Position numbers and translations under genes: made by a program
The notes under the pieces: generated by a model
Seen by the model: only the letters and a program-made list of their open reading frames with translations
The model's database searches: none
What the model was told of the DNA's origin: nothing
Assembly (NCBI GenBank): GCA_964614185.1
Contig: CAZTKJ010000007.1
Coordinates: forward strand, 5,592-69,591
DNA length: 64,000 nucleotides
Source: an uncultured Lachnospiraceae bacterium
Lineage (GTDB): Bacteria > Bacillota > Clostridia > Lachnospirales > Lachnospiraceae
Reading direction: 5' to 3'
Shown here: one piece after another, positions 41,071 to 50,641 of the stretch
Layout of the letters: every line of letters begins with the position of its first letter
How positions within the stretch are numbered: position 1 is the first letter of the stretch

Positions 41071-42801
41071 TTACTGAATCTTCTCTGCCAGGAATGCTGT
41101 CATCTGTGCATTTGCTTCTGCCATACCGTTTGCTTCCAGTTCTGCAACCATAGCATCCCAGTTTGCATCAAAGTTTGCCTGTCCGCCTGTTACACACTTA
41201 ACCAGACCGGGCCATGCGATTTCATTTAAGATATCTACCATATTGGAGAGATCCTGAGGAATCTGATAAGCCCATAATGCTGAGTAAGGAAGCAGTTCAA
41301 ATTCATCCGGCTGAGGGAAGATATCGATCAGCATATCAGTGCCCCATGCTTCACAAGCTGCTTTCTGCTCTTCATTATACTCTGCAATTACAGATTGTCT
41401 TGTAACTGTTGTGTAAGGATTGCCGTTTTCATCTTCAGCACCGTCACCGTAAATCGGGAATCCTGTGTAGTTGCCGATACCTGTCTTCTTACTATAATCG
41501 GGATCGGAACTGGATGCATCAATTTCTTCCTGTGTACGATATCTCATGCCATTTTCATCAAGGAAGTAATGCTCACCTTCAATTCCCCATTTATGAAGAA
41601 CTGAACCTTCGTCAGAGCAAAGGTAATCAAGGAATTTAATAGCACGTACGGGATCTTCGCAGCTCTTAGTAATACCAATACCCCAGCCTACCTGGAGACC
41701 CTGATATAACAGAGCAGGAGCTTTCTGATCAGCTCTCAGTGTAACAGGAAGACCGCAATATGTCTTATCTGTTTTGCCATCACCGATCAAAACCTGCTGT
41801 GCCTGGTTGTAATCCCACTCAGCGTCTGTAATTGCTACTACACGTCCGCTGGAAAGTTTTGCGATATAATCATCATGTGTCTGTGTTGCAAAGTCGGGAT
41901 CCAGAATGCCTTCCTCATACATACGGCACAGCCACTTGAAATATTCTTTTTCTTCAGGAGTTACATGCTTATAGTAGCAGTTGTAATTATCATCAATAAC
42001 CCACTGTCCATTGTCAGGAGCAGCATCAGCAATGAATCCTGCAGGGTTGCCCAGTGTGATCATCCAGTGCCAGTCAGTTGTACTCATGGAAATACCAATG
42101 GTTTCCAATCCGTCTTCTGTGGTAGGATGAGCTGCCATGTACTGTTTGATCAATGCTTCGTATTCTTCAAGTGTAGTAGGATACTTATAATCATTCTCTT
42201 TCAGCGCTGCGAACTGAATCTGGCATCCGCCGCCGGTCTTCAGTGTCTGTGCACCTACACCTGCATAAGAAAGCTGGTAGATACCTTCATCTCCGCTTCC
42301 CCATTTTAACTTTTCAAGCTCATCGCCATACATCTTCTTAATGTTAGGACCATACTGCTCAATTAAATCTGTCATGTCAATTAACGCACCTGCTTCATAT
42401 AAAGAAGTAGCAGCGCCCTTAGCATAAATCATATCCGGATATTCGTCATTAGCTATCATCAGAGCTACATCTTCTGCCGCATCACCGGTAGAAGTTACAG
42501 GATAGGTAATCTCCAATGTTACGCCCGTTGCTGCCGTAATTGCATTTCCAACCGGATTGTCCCAGCTGCTGTTGTTAGCATCTGCCAGGAATACTTCAAA
42601 GGTAATAGGCTCCAGATCCTCACTGCCTGAAGCTGTTTCTGTTGCTGCAGTTCCTGCTTCCGTACCACTGCTGGTTGTTTCGGAACCGGAAGCTGCATTG
42701 CCGCTGTCCGGTGTATTGCTGCCGGATCCGCCGCATCCTGCCAACATACCAACGCAAAGCGCTGTTGCTGTCAACAGGGATAAAATCTTACGCATTTTCA
42801 T
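41071..42801 (-). CDS. oligosaccharide ABC transporter solute-binding lipoprotein
   Basis: LAGC lipobox, Ser/Thr/Gly linker, ANDEYPDM, FLDYL..WGIEG; start moved to MKMRK. Confidence 0.92.
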   Translation of the reverse strand: MKMRKILSLLTATALCVGMLAGCGGSGSNTPDSGNAASGSETTSSGTEAGTAATETASGSEDLEPITFEVFLADANNSSWDNPVGNAITAATGVTLEITYPVTSTGDAAEDVALMIANDEYPDMIYAKGAATSLYEAGALIDMTDLIEQYGPNIKKMYGDELEKLKWGSGDEGIYQLSYAGVGAQTLKTGGGCQIQFAALKENDYKYPTTLEEYEALIKQYMAAHPTTEDGLETIGISMSTTDWHWMITLGNPAGFIADAAPDNGQWVIDDNYNCYYKHVTPEEKEYFKWLCRMYEEGILDPDFATQTHDDYIAKLSSGRVVAITDAEWDYNQAQQVLIGDGKTDKTYCGLPVTLRADQKAPALLYQGLQVGWGIGITKSCEDPVRAIKFLDYLCSDEGSVLHKWGIEGEHYFLDENGMRYRTQEEIDASSSDPDYSKKTGIGNYTGFPIYGDGAEDENGNPYTTVTRQSVIAEYNEEQKAACEAWGTDMLIDIFPQPDEFELLPYSALWAYQIPQDLSNMVDILNEIAWPGLVKCVTGGQANFDANWDAMVAELEANGMAEANAQMTAFLAEKIQ

Positions 42802-42860
42802 AAAAAAATCCTCCTTTTTATTATATATATAATCCTGAAGTATCAGGTCATATATCAAAA

Positions 42861-43724
42861 TCAGTCTTTAACAGAACCTACTGTCATGCCTCCTACAAAA
42901 TACTTTTGCAAAAACGGATATACAACAATAATGGGAACCGTTGCTACAATGGTAACAGCCATACGGATTGCCATAGGGGTAACGGCCTGTTTCGTATTGC
43001 TGGTAGCATGAATATCCATCTTCATGGTTGCCTGTGCCATGATTTCATACAGTTTGTATTGCAGTGTGGGCAATTTCTTTGCATACAAATATGTATCCAT
43101 GAAAGAGTTCCACTGGCCTACTGCATAATACAGGGCAATTGTAGCAATAACCGGAGTACACAATGGCATTACCACCTTATACCATATCTGGAAGTCATTA
43201 GCTCCATCCAGCATTGCCGCTTCCTCCAAAGCAGTAGGAAGGCCATCTATAAAGGAGCGCACCAGAATCATATTATACACCCAGATCAGACCGGGCAGAA
43301 TATATACCATAAAATTATTGCTCAAACGAAGCGTACGGACAATCAACAGATATTCGGGAATCAGACCGCCGCTTACATACATGGTCACAACAAATAAAAT
43401 CGTAAAGGGTTTATGGAAAATAAAATCCCTGCGGCTCAGCGTATATGCCAACATAGCCGTACAAATAACCCCAAGCAGCGTTCCGACTATTGTCTTTGTC
43501 ACAGATATAAAAAACGGTTTGATAATATCTGCATCATTAAACACATATTTATAGTTATTTAAGGTAAATACACGGGGAACAATAAAATTAATATTACGTA
43601 TCGTATCTGTAGCATCATTCAATGAAATAGCAAGCACATTCAGGAACGGATACAATGTTATTATAACTATCAGTACAAAAAATAATATAAGCGCATAGTC
43701 AAACCATGTTTTCTTCTTTGCCAT
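42861..43724 (-). CDS. carbohydrate ABC permease (MalG/LplC type)
   Basis: LEEAAMLDGA EAA motif, AVGQWNSF. Confidence 0.93.
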   Translation of the reverse strand: MAKKKTWFDYALILFFVLIVIITLYPFLNVLAISLNDATDTIRNINFIVPRVFTLNNYKYVFNDADIIKPFFISVTKTIVGTLLGVICTAMLAYTLSRRDFIFHKPFTILFVVTMYVSGGLIPEYLLIVRTLRLSNNFMVYILPGLIWVYNMILVRSFIDGLPTALEEAAMLDGANDFQIWYKVVMPLCTPVIATIALYYAVGQWNSFMDTYLYAKKLPTLQYKLYEIMAQATMKMDIHATSNTKQAVTPMAIRMAVTIVATVPIIVVYPFLQKYFVGGMTVGSVKD

Positions 43725-43735
43725 ATCTCCACCTC

Positions 43736-44677
43736 CTAAATCAGCCTGTCTTCGCCAACCATGCTGGCAATCTTATTAGCAATCAGAAGCAGAGACAATC
43801 CTACAACTGACTGGAATACACCAATAGCTGTACCAAGACCGTAATTGCTGCTTCCAATACCTCTTTCATAGGAGAACCAGGAAAGAACCATGGTATGATC
43901 CTGCACAAGAGCGTTGCTCAATAACATCTGGCGTTCCATACCTACATTCAGCGCTCCACCAATATTCATGATCAGGAGCACGATGATCGTAGCACGGATA
44001 CCGGGAAGAGTAATATGCCAGATCCTCTGAAATCTGTTAGCGCCATCCATCTTGGCTGCCTCATAAAGACCGGGATCGATTCCTGCCATAGAAGAAAGGT
44101 AAATAATCGCATTCCATCCCATTTCCTTCCAGCAGTTGATAATAACAATAACCACCCAGATCAACATAGAGTTGGTACTCATAAGGTGCAGATTCGTATG
44201 TGTCAGTGTATCAATAACGCCGCCATCATTAAAAATATTCTTTGCAATACTTGCAATGATAACCCATGATACAAAGTGGGGAAGATAAGAAATGGTCTGT
44301 GTCAGCTTCTTAAAACGCATAAACTGCATTTCATTTAGCAATACGGCAAAGGTAATAGCCACCAGCGTACCCAAACCAATATCCAAAATACTGATACCTA
44401 TGGTATTGATCATTGTCTGTTTAAATAATCTATCTTGAAATGCTTTAAAAAAATTATCAAATCCCACAAAGGCTCTTTCCCAAATAGGTATTGCAAATGT
44501 TGCAGGCTTTACCTCCTGAAAGGCCATTGTCCATCCCCATAAGGGTATGTATTTAAATACAATGATCCAAATAACAAAAGGAAGGGACATTAATAGCAGA
44601 TACCGTTGCTTCCATAACAAATGCAGACTCAACTTCTGCTTATTACCCTTCCTTGCTTTTCCACTTGTTTTTGCCAT
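43736..44677 (-). CDS. carbohydrate ABC permease (MalF/LplB type)
   Basis: ISYLPHFVSWV, LYEAAKMDGA; start moved to MAKT (44677, or 44686). Confidence 0.93.
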   Translation of the reverse strand: MAKTSGKARKGNKQKLSLHLLWKQRYLLLMSLPFVIWIIVFKYIPLWGWTMAFQEVKPATFAIPIWERAFVGFDNFFKAFQDRLFKQTMINTIGISILDIGLGTLVAITFAVLLNEMQFMRFKKLTQTISYLPHFVSWVIIASIAKNIFNDGGVIDTLTHTNLHLMSTNSMLIWVVIVIINCWKEMGWNAIIYLSSMAGIDPGLYEAAKMDGANRFQRIWHITLPGIRATIIVLLIMNIGGALNVGMERQMLLSNALVQDHTMVLSWFSYERGIGSSNYGLGTAIGVFQSVVGLSLLLIANKIASMVGEDRLI

Positions 44678-44823
44678 AGACTCCATCCCTTCTGTCAAAT
44701 CGCCCAATTTTTTCCTCGTTTTTAAGCAATTCATTAGCATTTTGTTTAATTTTAACAGAATACTTCCTTCTTTAATATTGTAAATTTTAATGAGATATAC
44801 TATCATTTTTTAACATCACTAGA

Positions 44824-44852
44824 TTGTACTTTCCCATTTGCTATGGTATACT
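44824..44852 (+). promoter_or_regulatory. probable araC promoter
   Basis: TTGTAC-17-TATACT with extended TG. Confidence 0.6.
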
Positions 44853-44864
44853 TTTGTTTATAAG

Positions 44865-45100
44865 GGTTTGAGTGTCAAATGTCCTTTTAAAAATCCTGTT
44901 TGTCAGATTACACAAAAAAAATTCGTGCGCACTCCATTGCACGAATCATTCCGCCGAACCTCCTAAAACGAAAATCGTGTTCAGCAAAGGCTTCCACGAT
45001 TTTTGAGTTTCGTCTCCATCGTGCAAAAGTCGCTTGCACAAATTTCTTTTGTCCAATCTGCTATGCAACAGTTCCAATCAGGACTTTTGACACCCAAACC
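44865..45100. mobile_element. MITE-like non-autonomous element (~236 bp)
   Basis: 20-bp terminal inverted repeats, 18/20 identical (GGTTTGAGTGTCAAATGTCC vs GGTTTGGGTGTCAAAAGTCC); TTATAA on both flanks; three internal hairpins; no transposase. Confidence 0.75.
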
Positions 45101-45133
45101 TTATAAAGAAATTATTACAGGAAACTATGGAAA

Positions 45134-46111
45134 ATGGAAATGGACTATCAGACTATAACAGATCATATGGATGACACGGCGATACCGGATGATACCCGGC
45201 ACATTCCCATGCACACATGGGATGATGTCCTGCTGTCTGCCTACAGCCAGCATCATCTTTCTTCAGATTTACGGCAGAATATCATTGCCTTAGAAGGGCT
45301 AACGTATCCCATTACTGAGCATACCAGTACTTTTTTTGAAATGATCTATGTGCTGTCAGGAACCTGCTGCCATCAGATCAATCAGAATACGGAACGAATG
45401 GATACTGTTGGCGATTTATGTATCCTGCCGCCTGCTGCACGGCATTCCATCTATACATCTGATAACAGCCGCCTTGTCCATATTCTGATTCGGCCTGCCG
45501 CTTTTATGGATATTCTCCCCGGCACTCTCAGCGGGCAGGATTCTTTGGGCAGCTTCTTAAAAAGAAGCATCTATCAAAACAAAGGGGAAAGTTATCTTTT
45601 GTTCCATACGCAGCAGGAAGAAGAGGTTCACCACACCATTCTGGATATACTTAAGGAAATGTCCAACATTGACGAATATACTGACAGCATTGTCTCCGGC
45701 ATGCTTTTGGCACTCTTTAGCAGGTTGCTGCGGACGCACAAAGACTTTGTAAAGTCTTCTCCCTGGGATCCCCGCATCAATGAAATTCTTTCCATGATTT
45801 ATGACCAATACAACACCATCACTTTATCCTCTCTGGCAGAGCATCTGCATTATACGGTTCCTTATTGTTCCAAGTATCTTAAGCAGCATCTTGGAAGCAC
45901 TTTTTCCCAGCTGATCAGACAGATCCGTTTTCAGAAAGCTGAACGCATGCTTATGAATTCCGGCATGACTATCACCCGGATCAGCAAAGAACTGGGCTAT
46001 GAAGATCTGGAGAATTTCGTCCGTGCTTTCAAGCATCAGTATCAGATGACTCCCTCCCAATACCGCTTATCCAACCGCCCTAAACTTCCCCCGGTTGAAG
46101 TAAGATCATAA
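45134..46111 (+). CDS. AraC-family transcriptional regulator
   Basis: cupin-like FFEMIYVLSG region and C-terminal double HTH (LGYEDLENFVRAFK..TPSQYR). Confidence 0.92.
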   Translation: MEMDYQTITDHMDDTAIPDDTRHIPMHTWDDVLLSAYSQHHLSSDLRQNIIALEGLTYPITEHTSTFFEMIYVLSGTCCHQINQNTERMDTVGDLCILPPAARHSIYTSDNSRLVHILIRPAAFMDILPGTLSGQDSLGSFLKRSIYQNKGESYLLFHTQQEEEVHHTILDILKEMSNIDEYTDSIVSGMLLALFSRLLRTHKDFVKSSPWDPRINEILSMIYDQYNTITLSSLAEHLHYTVPYCSKYLKQHLGSTFSQLIRQIRFQKAERMLMNSGMTITRISKELGYEDLENFVRAFKHQYQMTPSQYRLSNRPKLPPVEVRS

Positions 46112-46906
46112 TAATATGCTTTCCAAATCATCGGGAACAAATAAGTTCCCATGAAAATAGCGGCTGCCTTCTTCAAGATACATTTTTTTCCTGTTTTTTA
46201 TGTTCCGATCTTCCGTATGGTAGAGAATCAAGTTTTGAACTCCAAGCTCCCCCGCTAACTCACAGGCCTCTTTCACTGTTGAATGATGTTTTTCATAAGG
46301 AGTAAATATATCCGCCTGGGAATACAGACAATAAGCTTCATGCAACAGCCATTTGCTGTTTTCTACGTACTTTTTCTCGCAGGGATGATACAGCTCATCT
46401 CCACAGCAGGTAAGCTTCTCGCCATGGGGAAGCTCCATGCAGAAACCAAACTGTTTTTCCTTGGTGGATTGTATATCAAAAAAAGTTACTTTCCTGTTGT
46501 TGATCTTCCGCTCTTCTCCGTCTAAGACTGTAATCAGATGAATGCGGCTGTCAATGAAACGACTCTGTTTTTCCCAAAGCAGCTTATATGACATATCCCG
46601 AAGCAGTTCTGTCAGTTCCTGATGTGCATAGACATTTACATCTCCCTGATACTGCCCTTTTGCCATACTCTGAGAAATTGTGCGTATCATCCAGATAATA
46701 CCCATCAGATGATCAATATGCTTGTGAGTGACAAAGATTTCCTTTATATCCATGTAGCTATATCCGGCATTTGATAATTGACGCAGTATGGTATTTCCGC
46801 CTCCTCCGTCAACCATGAAATGTTTCTCATCATCGCTTATGACAAAACACGTATTGTAACATTCCGTTACCATTGCATGTCCGGTTCCCAGCATTGTTAT
46901 CTTCAT
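46106..46906 (-). CDS. MBL-fold metallo-hydrolase, RNase Z-like
   Basis: LGTG, THKHIDH, LHEAY, HHST, LYHTED. Confidence 0.85.
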   Translation of the reverse strand: MKITMLGTGHAMVTECYNTCFVISDDEKHFMVDGGGGNTILRQLSNAGYSYMDIKEIFVTHKHIDHLMGIIWMIRTISQSMAKGQYQGDVNVYAHQELTELLRDMSYKLLWEKQSRFIDSRIHLITVLDGEERKINNRKVTFFDIQSTKEKQFGFCMELPHGEKLTCCGDELYHPCEKKYVENSKWLLHEAYCLYSQADIFTPYEKHHSTVKEACELAGELGVQNLILYHTEDRNIKNRKKMYLEEGSRYFHGNLFVPDDLESILL

Positions 46907-47463
46907 TCAGGCAGCCTCCTTTCCTCCCATTCTCTTTTCAGCAGGCGGTATTCTACTCTGGTTTTCATCATTCCATCATGCCATTCAAAATCCACATGCT
47001 CTGCTTCTTTGATCATGCCGCATTTGATCATAACTCTTTCCGAACCGACATTTTCAGTGAGGCATCCTGTTGTTACCCTGTAAACATGATCCTTTAAAAA
47101 AGCAAATTCCAGCACTTTCCGGAAAGCCTCTGTCGTATATCCTTTATTCCAAAATTGAGGATAGATAAAATATCCGGCATGAACCATTTTACCCATAGGA
47201 GTCCTGTCAGTTACTGTATAACCCACACTGCCCACCTGCTCATGGGCGTCTTTCAATTCTAAATGAAAAAAGTAAAAAGTTCTTTCTTCCTTTTCCATAT
47301 CCTCTAAAACTCTGTTAAAGTCTTCCTCTGATTCCTGATGGGTGAAAACCTGGATATCCTGAAGATAATACATTGTTTTCGGATGACTCTTCAGTTGAAA
47401 ATATGCTTCTTGATCCTTCCTCTCATAATCCCGCATCAAAAGACGTTCTGTTTCTAAGTACAT
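46903..47463 (-). CDS. GNAT acetyltransferase (RimJ/RimL type)
   Basis: LETERL, GYFIYPQFWNKGYTTEA, NVGSERVMIKCGM; start moved to MYLET. Confidence 0.88.
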   Translation of the reverse strand: MYLETERLLMRDYERKDQEAYFQLKSHPKTMYYLQDIQVFTHQESEEDFNRVLEDMEKEERTFYFFHLELKDAHEQVGSVGYTVTDRTPMGKMVHAGYFIYPQFWNKGYTTEAFRKVLEFAFLKDHVYRVTTGCLTENVGSERVMIKCGMIKEAEHVDFEWHDGMMKTRVEYRLLKREWEERRLPE

Positions 47464-48227
47464 TGATTCATCTCCTCTACAAAAGCATAGGGTTTTGCCG
47501 TCATCTCCACCCATGCAGGATAAAACCCGCTGGCAATCGCATTTCTGACAGACTTAATATTTGACCATGCTGCGCAGTAAAAGGGAACTTTACCCCGTTC
47601 TATGATTTCCAACGCCAGTCTGCTGGTAATGGCACTGGCGATTCCCTGTCTGCGGTACTTAGGCAGTACGTCCACGCCAATCTGCCACATAGTTTCACAG
47701 TCTGCCGAACAGCCTGCCAGAGCCACCAGAGTATCCCCATCATAAGCTCCTACTCCCAGTACATCCAGGTTCTTCCTTTTTTCACACAGAGCATTACTCC
47801 ATGTATCAAGGTACAAATCAGCAAAATCTTTCTGTTGCAGCAGTCTCATTTCATAGCTGCATTCTTTTTCTTTTAAAGAATGGATATCCGGCAGAAAATA
47901 TTCTGCCATAAAGCAGATTCTCAACCCCTGCATCTCCAGAGCATCATTTAAAACATGCATATTAGGGGTTTCAAAACAGTGCTCCACAGGATATTTATGA
48001 ATATATGAAGAAACTGCTTCCCGGCATTCCTCCAAAACAGAAGCAACAATATTATTACCGTAAGACACCAGATTACATGCAAAAGGCAGTTCCAGATACT
48101 TTCTGGCATCCGCACTTACCTTGGAAAGTACAATTTTATTTTTCTGCAATAAAAAATCTTCCATATCACAGTTCAGGTCAATAGCCGACTGCCTCATGGC
48201 TGTTTGCAGAATTGCTTTATTATTCAT
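47454..48227 (-). CDS. GNAT acetyltransferase
   Basis: IGVDVLPKYRRQGIAS, NIKSVRNAIASGF; GGAGG RBS before MNNK. Confidence 0.88.
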   Translation of the reverse strand: MNNKAILQTAMRQSAIDLNCDMEDFLLQKNKIVLSKVSADARKYLELPFACNLVSYGNNIVASVLEECREAVSSYIHKYPVEHCFETPNMHVLNDALEMQGLRICFMAEYFLPDIHSLKEKECSYEMRLLQQKDFADLYLDTWSNALCEKRKNLDVLGVGAYDGDTLVALAGCSADCETMWQIGVDVLPKYRRQGIASAITSRLALEIIERGKVPFYCAAWSNIKSVRNAIASGFYPAWVEMTAKPYAFVEEMNQCT

Positions 48228-48356
48228 TACAAAATCCTCCATCTATATCATTAACTTAAAAAGAGAGTAGTGCCGGAAATCAGCATAGATATGTCGTTAT
48301 AACGGAAATTTATTTTTGTTATGCAGTATTTTATTTTTATCAACACTTCAGTATAT

Positions 48357-48385
48357 AGTTTATCATTTTACAAAATAAAAGTCTA
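48357..48385 (-). promoter_or_regulatory. promoter of the GNAT-GNAT-MBL operon
   Basis: TAGACT-17-TAAACT with extended TG. Confidence 0.55.
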
Positions 48386-48451
48386 GTAATATTTTATTAT
48401 TTCACTACAATAAAAGAAAACAAATTGATCAACAACTAAGGAGGACATCTC

Positions 48452-50575
48452 ATGAGCGCACATCCCACACAGGACCCAAAAGGCATATCAAGAGAAGCAG
48501 AAGAAAATAATCTGCAGGAAACTCTTGCCATAATCAGAGACAACCTGACAAATTATGGACAGGAAGTTGCACGAATGCAGGAGAACATTGATGAAATGCT
48601 GGCCCATTATCATGATAATGATATAGAAGTGCTTACCATCTTAAATAATACGGTAACCTTGCATGAACATATGAAGCGTGCGCTTACGCGAAATGAAAAA
48701 GCCTTTAACAAACCATATTTTGGGAGAATTATTTTTCACGATGAAGCTCTTGACAGGGAAGAATCCATCTATATCGGCAAAGGTGGTATTTCTAAAGATG
48801 CCACTTGTCAGATTGTGGCAGACTGGCGGGCTCCGGTAGCAAATGCATACTACGAAAATGGTTTGGGCAGATGCAGCTATAAAGCCCCGGGAAACGTCCC
48901 CATTGAAATTGATTTAAAACTGAAGCGTACCTACGAGATCGAATCCGGAAAGCTTCTTGAGTATTTTGACAGTGAAGTGATTGCCAATGACGATCTTTTG
49001 ACTAAGTATCTTGCTAAAAATAAACAGGCTGTACTTAGTGAAATTGTCGCAACCATTCAAAAGGAACAAAATGAGATCATTCGGAAATCACCATATCACA
49101 ATATTATCGTGCAGGGTGTGGCCGGCTCCGGCAAGACCACTGTGGCCATGCACCGTATTTCTTACATCCTCTATAACTATGAAGAACGGTTTAAACCGGA
49201 TGATTTTTATATTGTGGGAAGCAACCGGATCCTGCTTAATTATATTACGGGAGTTCTTCCCGATCTGGACGTATATGGCATACGCCAGATGACTATGGAA
49301 CAGCTTTTTACCAGACTTTTGTATGAAGATTGGGATGATGGGAAATACCGGATCAAAAGTATGGATAAACACTGCATATCTGAAAGTGTCAAAGGCAGTT
49401 CCCTGTGGTTTAAATATTTGGAAGAATACTGCCATAAATTAGAACATGATACTATTTCCTTAAAATCTGTTTACCTGAATCCCCTGATCTGCCTGCTTAG
49501 CGGCGATGCCATAGAACGCTATGTTCTTCAAAACCCTGCCGTATCTATACAGAATAAAATCAATATGCTTAATGCCCGCCTTTTGGAAAAAATCAAAGAA
49601 GAATTTCTTAAAAACGGACTAAGGTACTCAGAAGCTGAAAGAAAGGCTATTTTAAAAGCCTACCGTGGATATTACGGTAAACGGACATGGAAACAGTCCA
49701 TTTTCCATCTATACCGTAATTTTCTGATGCAGCAACAACAGAATGGATATTGTTTGGAGATACCTGATAAGGAATTTGATATTTACGATCTGGCTGCTCT
49801 TGCTTATCTCTACAAACGGGTAAAAGAAACAGAGACGATCAGTGAAGCACACCATATTGTTATCGATGAAGCACAGGATTTTGGAATGATGGCGTATCAC
49901 GTTTTGAAATTCTGCATTTCCCAATGCACCTATACCATTATGGGAGATGTTTCCCAAAATATTCATTTTAGCTATGGTTTAAATGACTGGGAAGAATTAA
50001 AAAGTGTCTTTCTTGCCAATACCAGAGATAGTTTTAACGTTTTGAAAAAAAGTTACCGCAACACAGTGGAAATATCTGACTTTGCCACCGGTATATTGCG
50101 TCATGGAAACTTTTTTGTCTATCCTGCAGAACCTATCTTAAGACATGGCAGTCCGGTGCAGATCATACAGACCACGGACAGAAACACCTTGATCTGCGAA
50201 GCTTCCAAAATCTGCAAAAACTGGTTAAGCGGCTGCGGTGATCCTGCAAAAGAATTAGATACCATTGCCGTCATCTGCCGTAATCAGGCAAGCGCTAGGG
50301 ATGCTTCTAAAGAACTGGCAAAATATATTGACATTATAGAAAGTGATCTGGAAAAAGCAGTATTTGGAAGCGGCATCATGGTACTGCCAGTAGAATATAC
50401 GAAAGGACTGGAATTTGATGCTGTACTGATTTTAGATCCTACCTGTAAGGACTATCCTGTAGATGATGGACATGCCAAGCTGCTCTATGTTGCCGCTACC
50501 CGTGCACTCCATGAGCTATATATCCTCCATACGGGAACTCTTACGGGACTAATTGCAGACCCGGTACCTTCATAA
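48452..50575 (+). CDS. helD: HelD-like SF1 ATPase (RNA polymerase recycling factor)
   Basis: KPYFGRI, DWRAPVA, QGVAGSGKT, DEAQD, KGLEFDAV, YVAATRA. Confidence 0.85.
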   Translation: MSAHPTQDPKGISREAEENNLQETLAIIRDNLTNYGQEVARMQENIDEMLAHYHDNDIEVLTILNNTVTLHEHMKRALTRNEKAFNKPYFGRIIFHDEALDREESIYIGKGGISKDATCQIVADWRAPVANAYYENGLGRCSYKAPGNVPIEIDLKLKRTYEIESGKLLEYFDSEVIANDDLLTKYLAKNKQAVLSEIVATIQKEQNEIIRKSPYHNIIVQGVAGSGKTTVAMHRISYILYNYEERFKPDDFYIVGSNRILLNYITGVLPDLDVYGIRQMTMEQLFTRLLYEDWDDGKYRIKSMDKHCISESVKGSSLWFKYLEEYCHKLEHDTISLKSVYLNPLICLLSGDAIERYVLQNPAVSIQNKINMLNARLLEKIKEEFLKNGLRYSEAERKAILKAYRGYYGKRTWKQSIFHLYRNFLMQQQQNGYCLEIPDKEFDIYDLAALAYLYKRVKETETISEAHHIVIDEAQDFGMMAYHVLKFCISQCTYTIMGDVSQNIHFSYGLNDWEELKSVFLANTRDSFNVLKKSYRNTVEISDFATGILRHGNFFVYPAEPILRHGSPVQIIQTTDRNTLICEASKICKNWLSGCGDPAKELDTIAVICRNQASARDASKELAKYIDIIESDLEKAVFGSGIMVLPVEYTKGLEFDAVLILDPTCKDYPVDDGHAKLLYVAATRALHELYILHTGTLTGLIADPVPS

Positions 50576-50604
50576 ATATTCATATTGCAGGCAACAAGCC
50601 AAGT

Positions 50605-50641
50605 AGCAGCAGGAAGCCTGGTGCTCCCTGCTGCTTTTTTT
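50605..50641. terminator. terminator between convergent helD and the MFP gene
   Basis: AGCAGCAGG/CCTGCTGCT stem plus T-run. Confidence 0.8.

Noticed and set aside
44678-44806. N-terminal extensions given by the ORF track for this permease, and likewise uvrA, thiI, rsmE and prmA
   Set aside because: no RBS at the distal starts, while downstream ATGs have SD sequences and match family N-termini
45087-45115. hybrid promoter made by the outward TTGACA of the MITE-like element
   Set aside because: no acceptable -10 at 16-18 bp on either side
46106-46906. calling the MBL protein a beta-lactamase or definite rnz
   Set aside because: motifs fit the RNase Z-like subgroup, but substrate cannot be fixed from sequence alone
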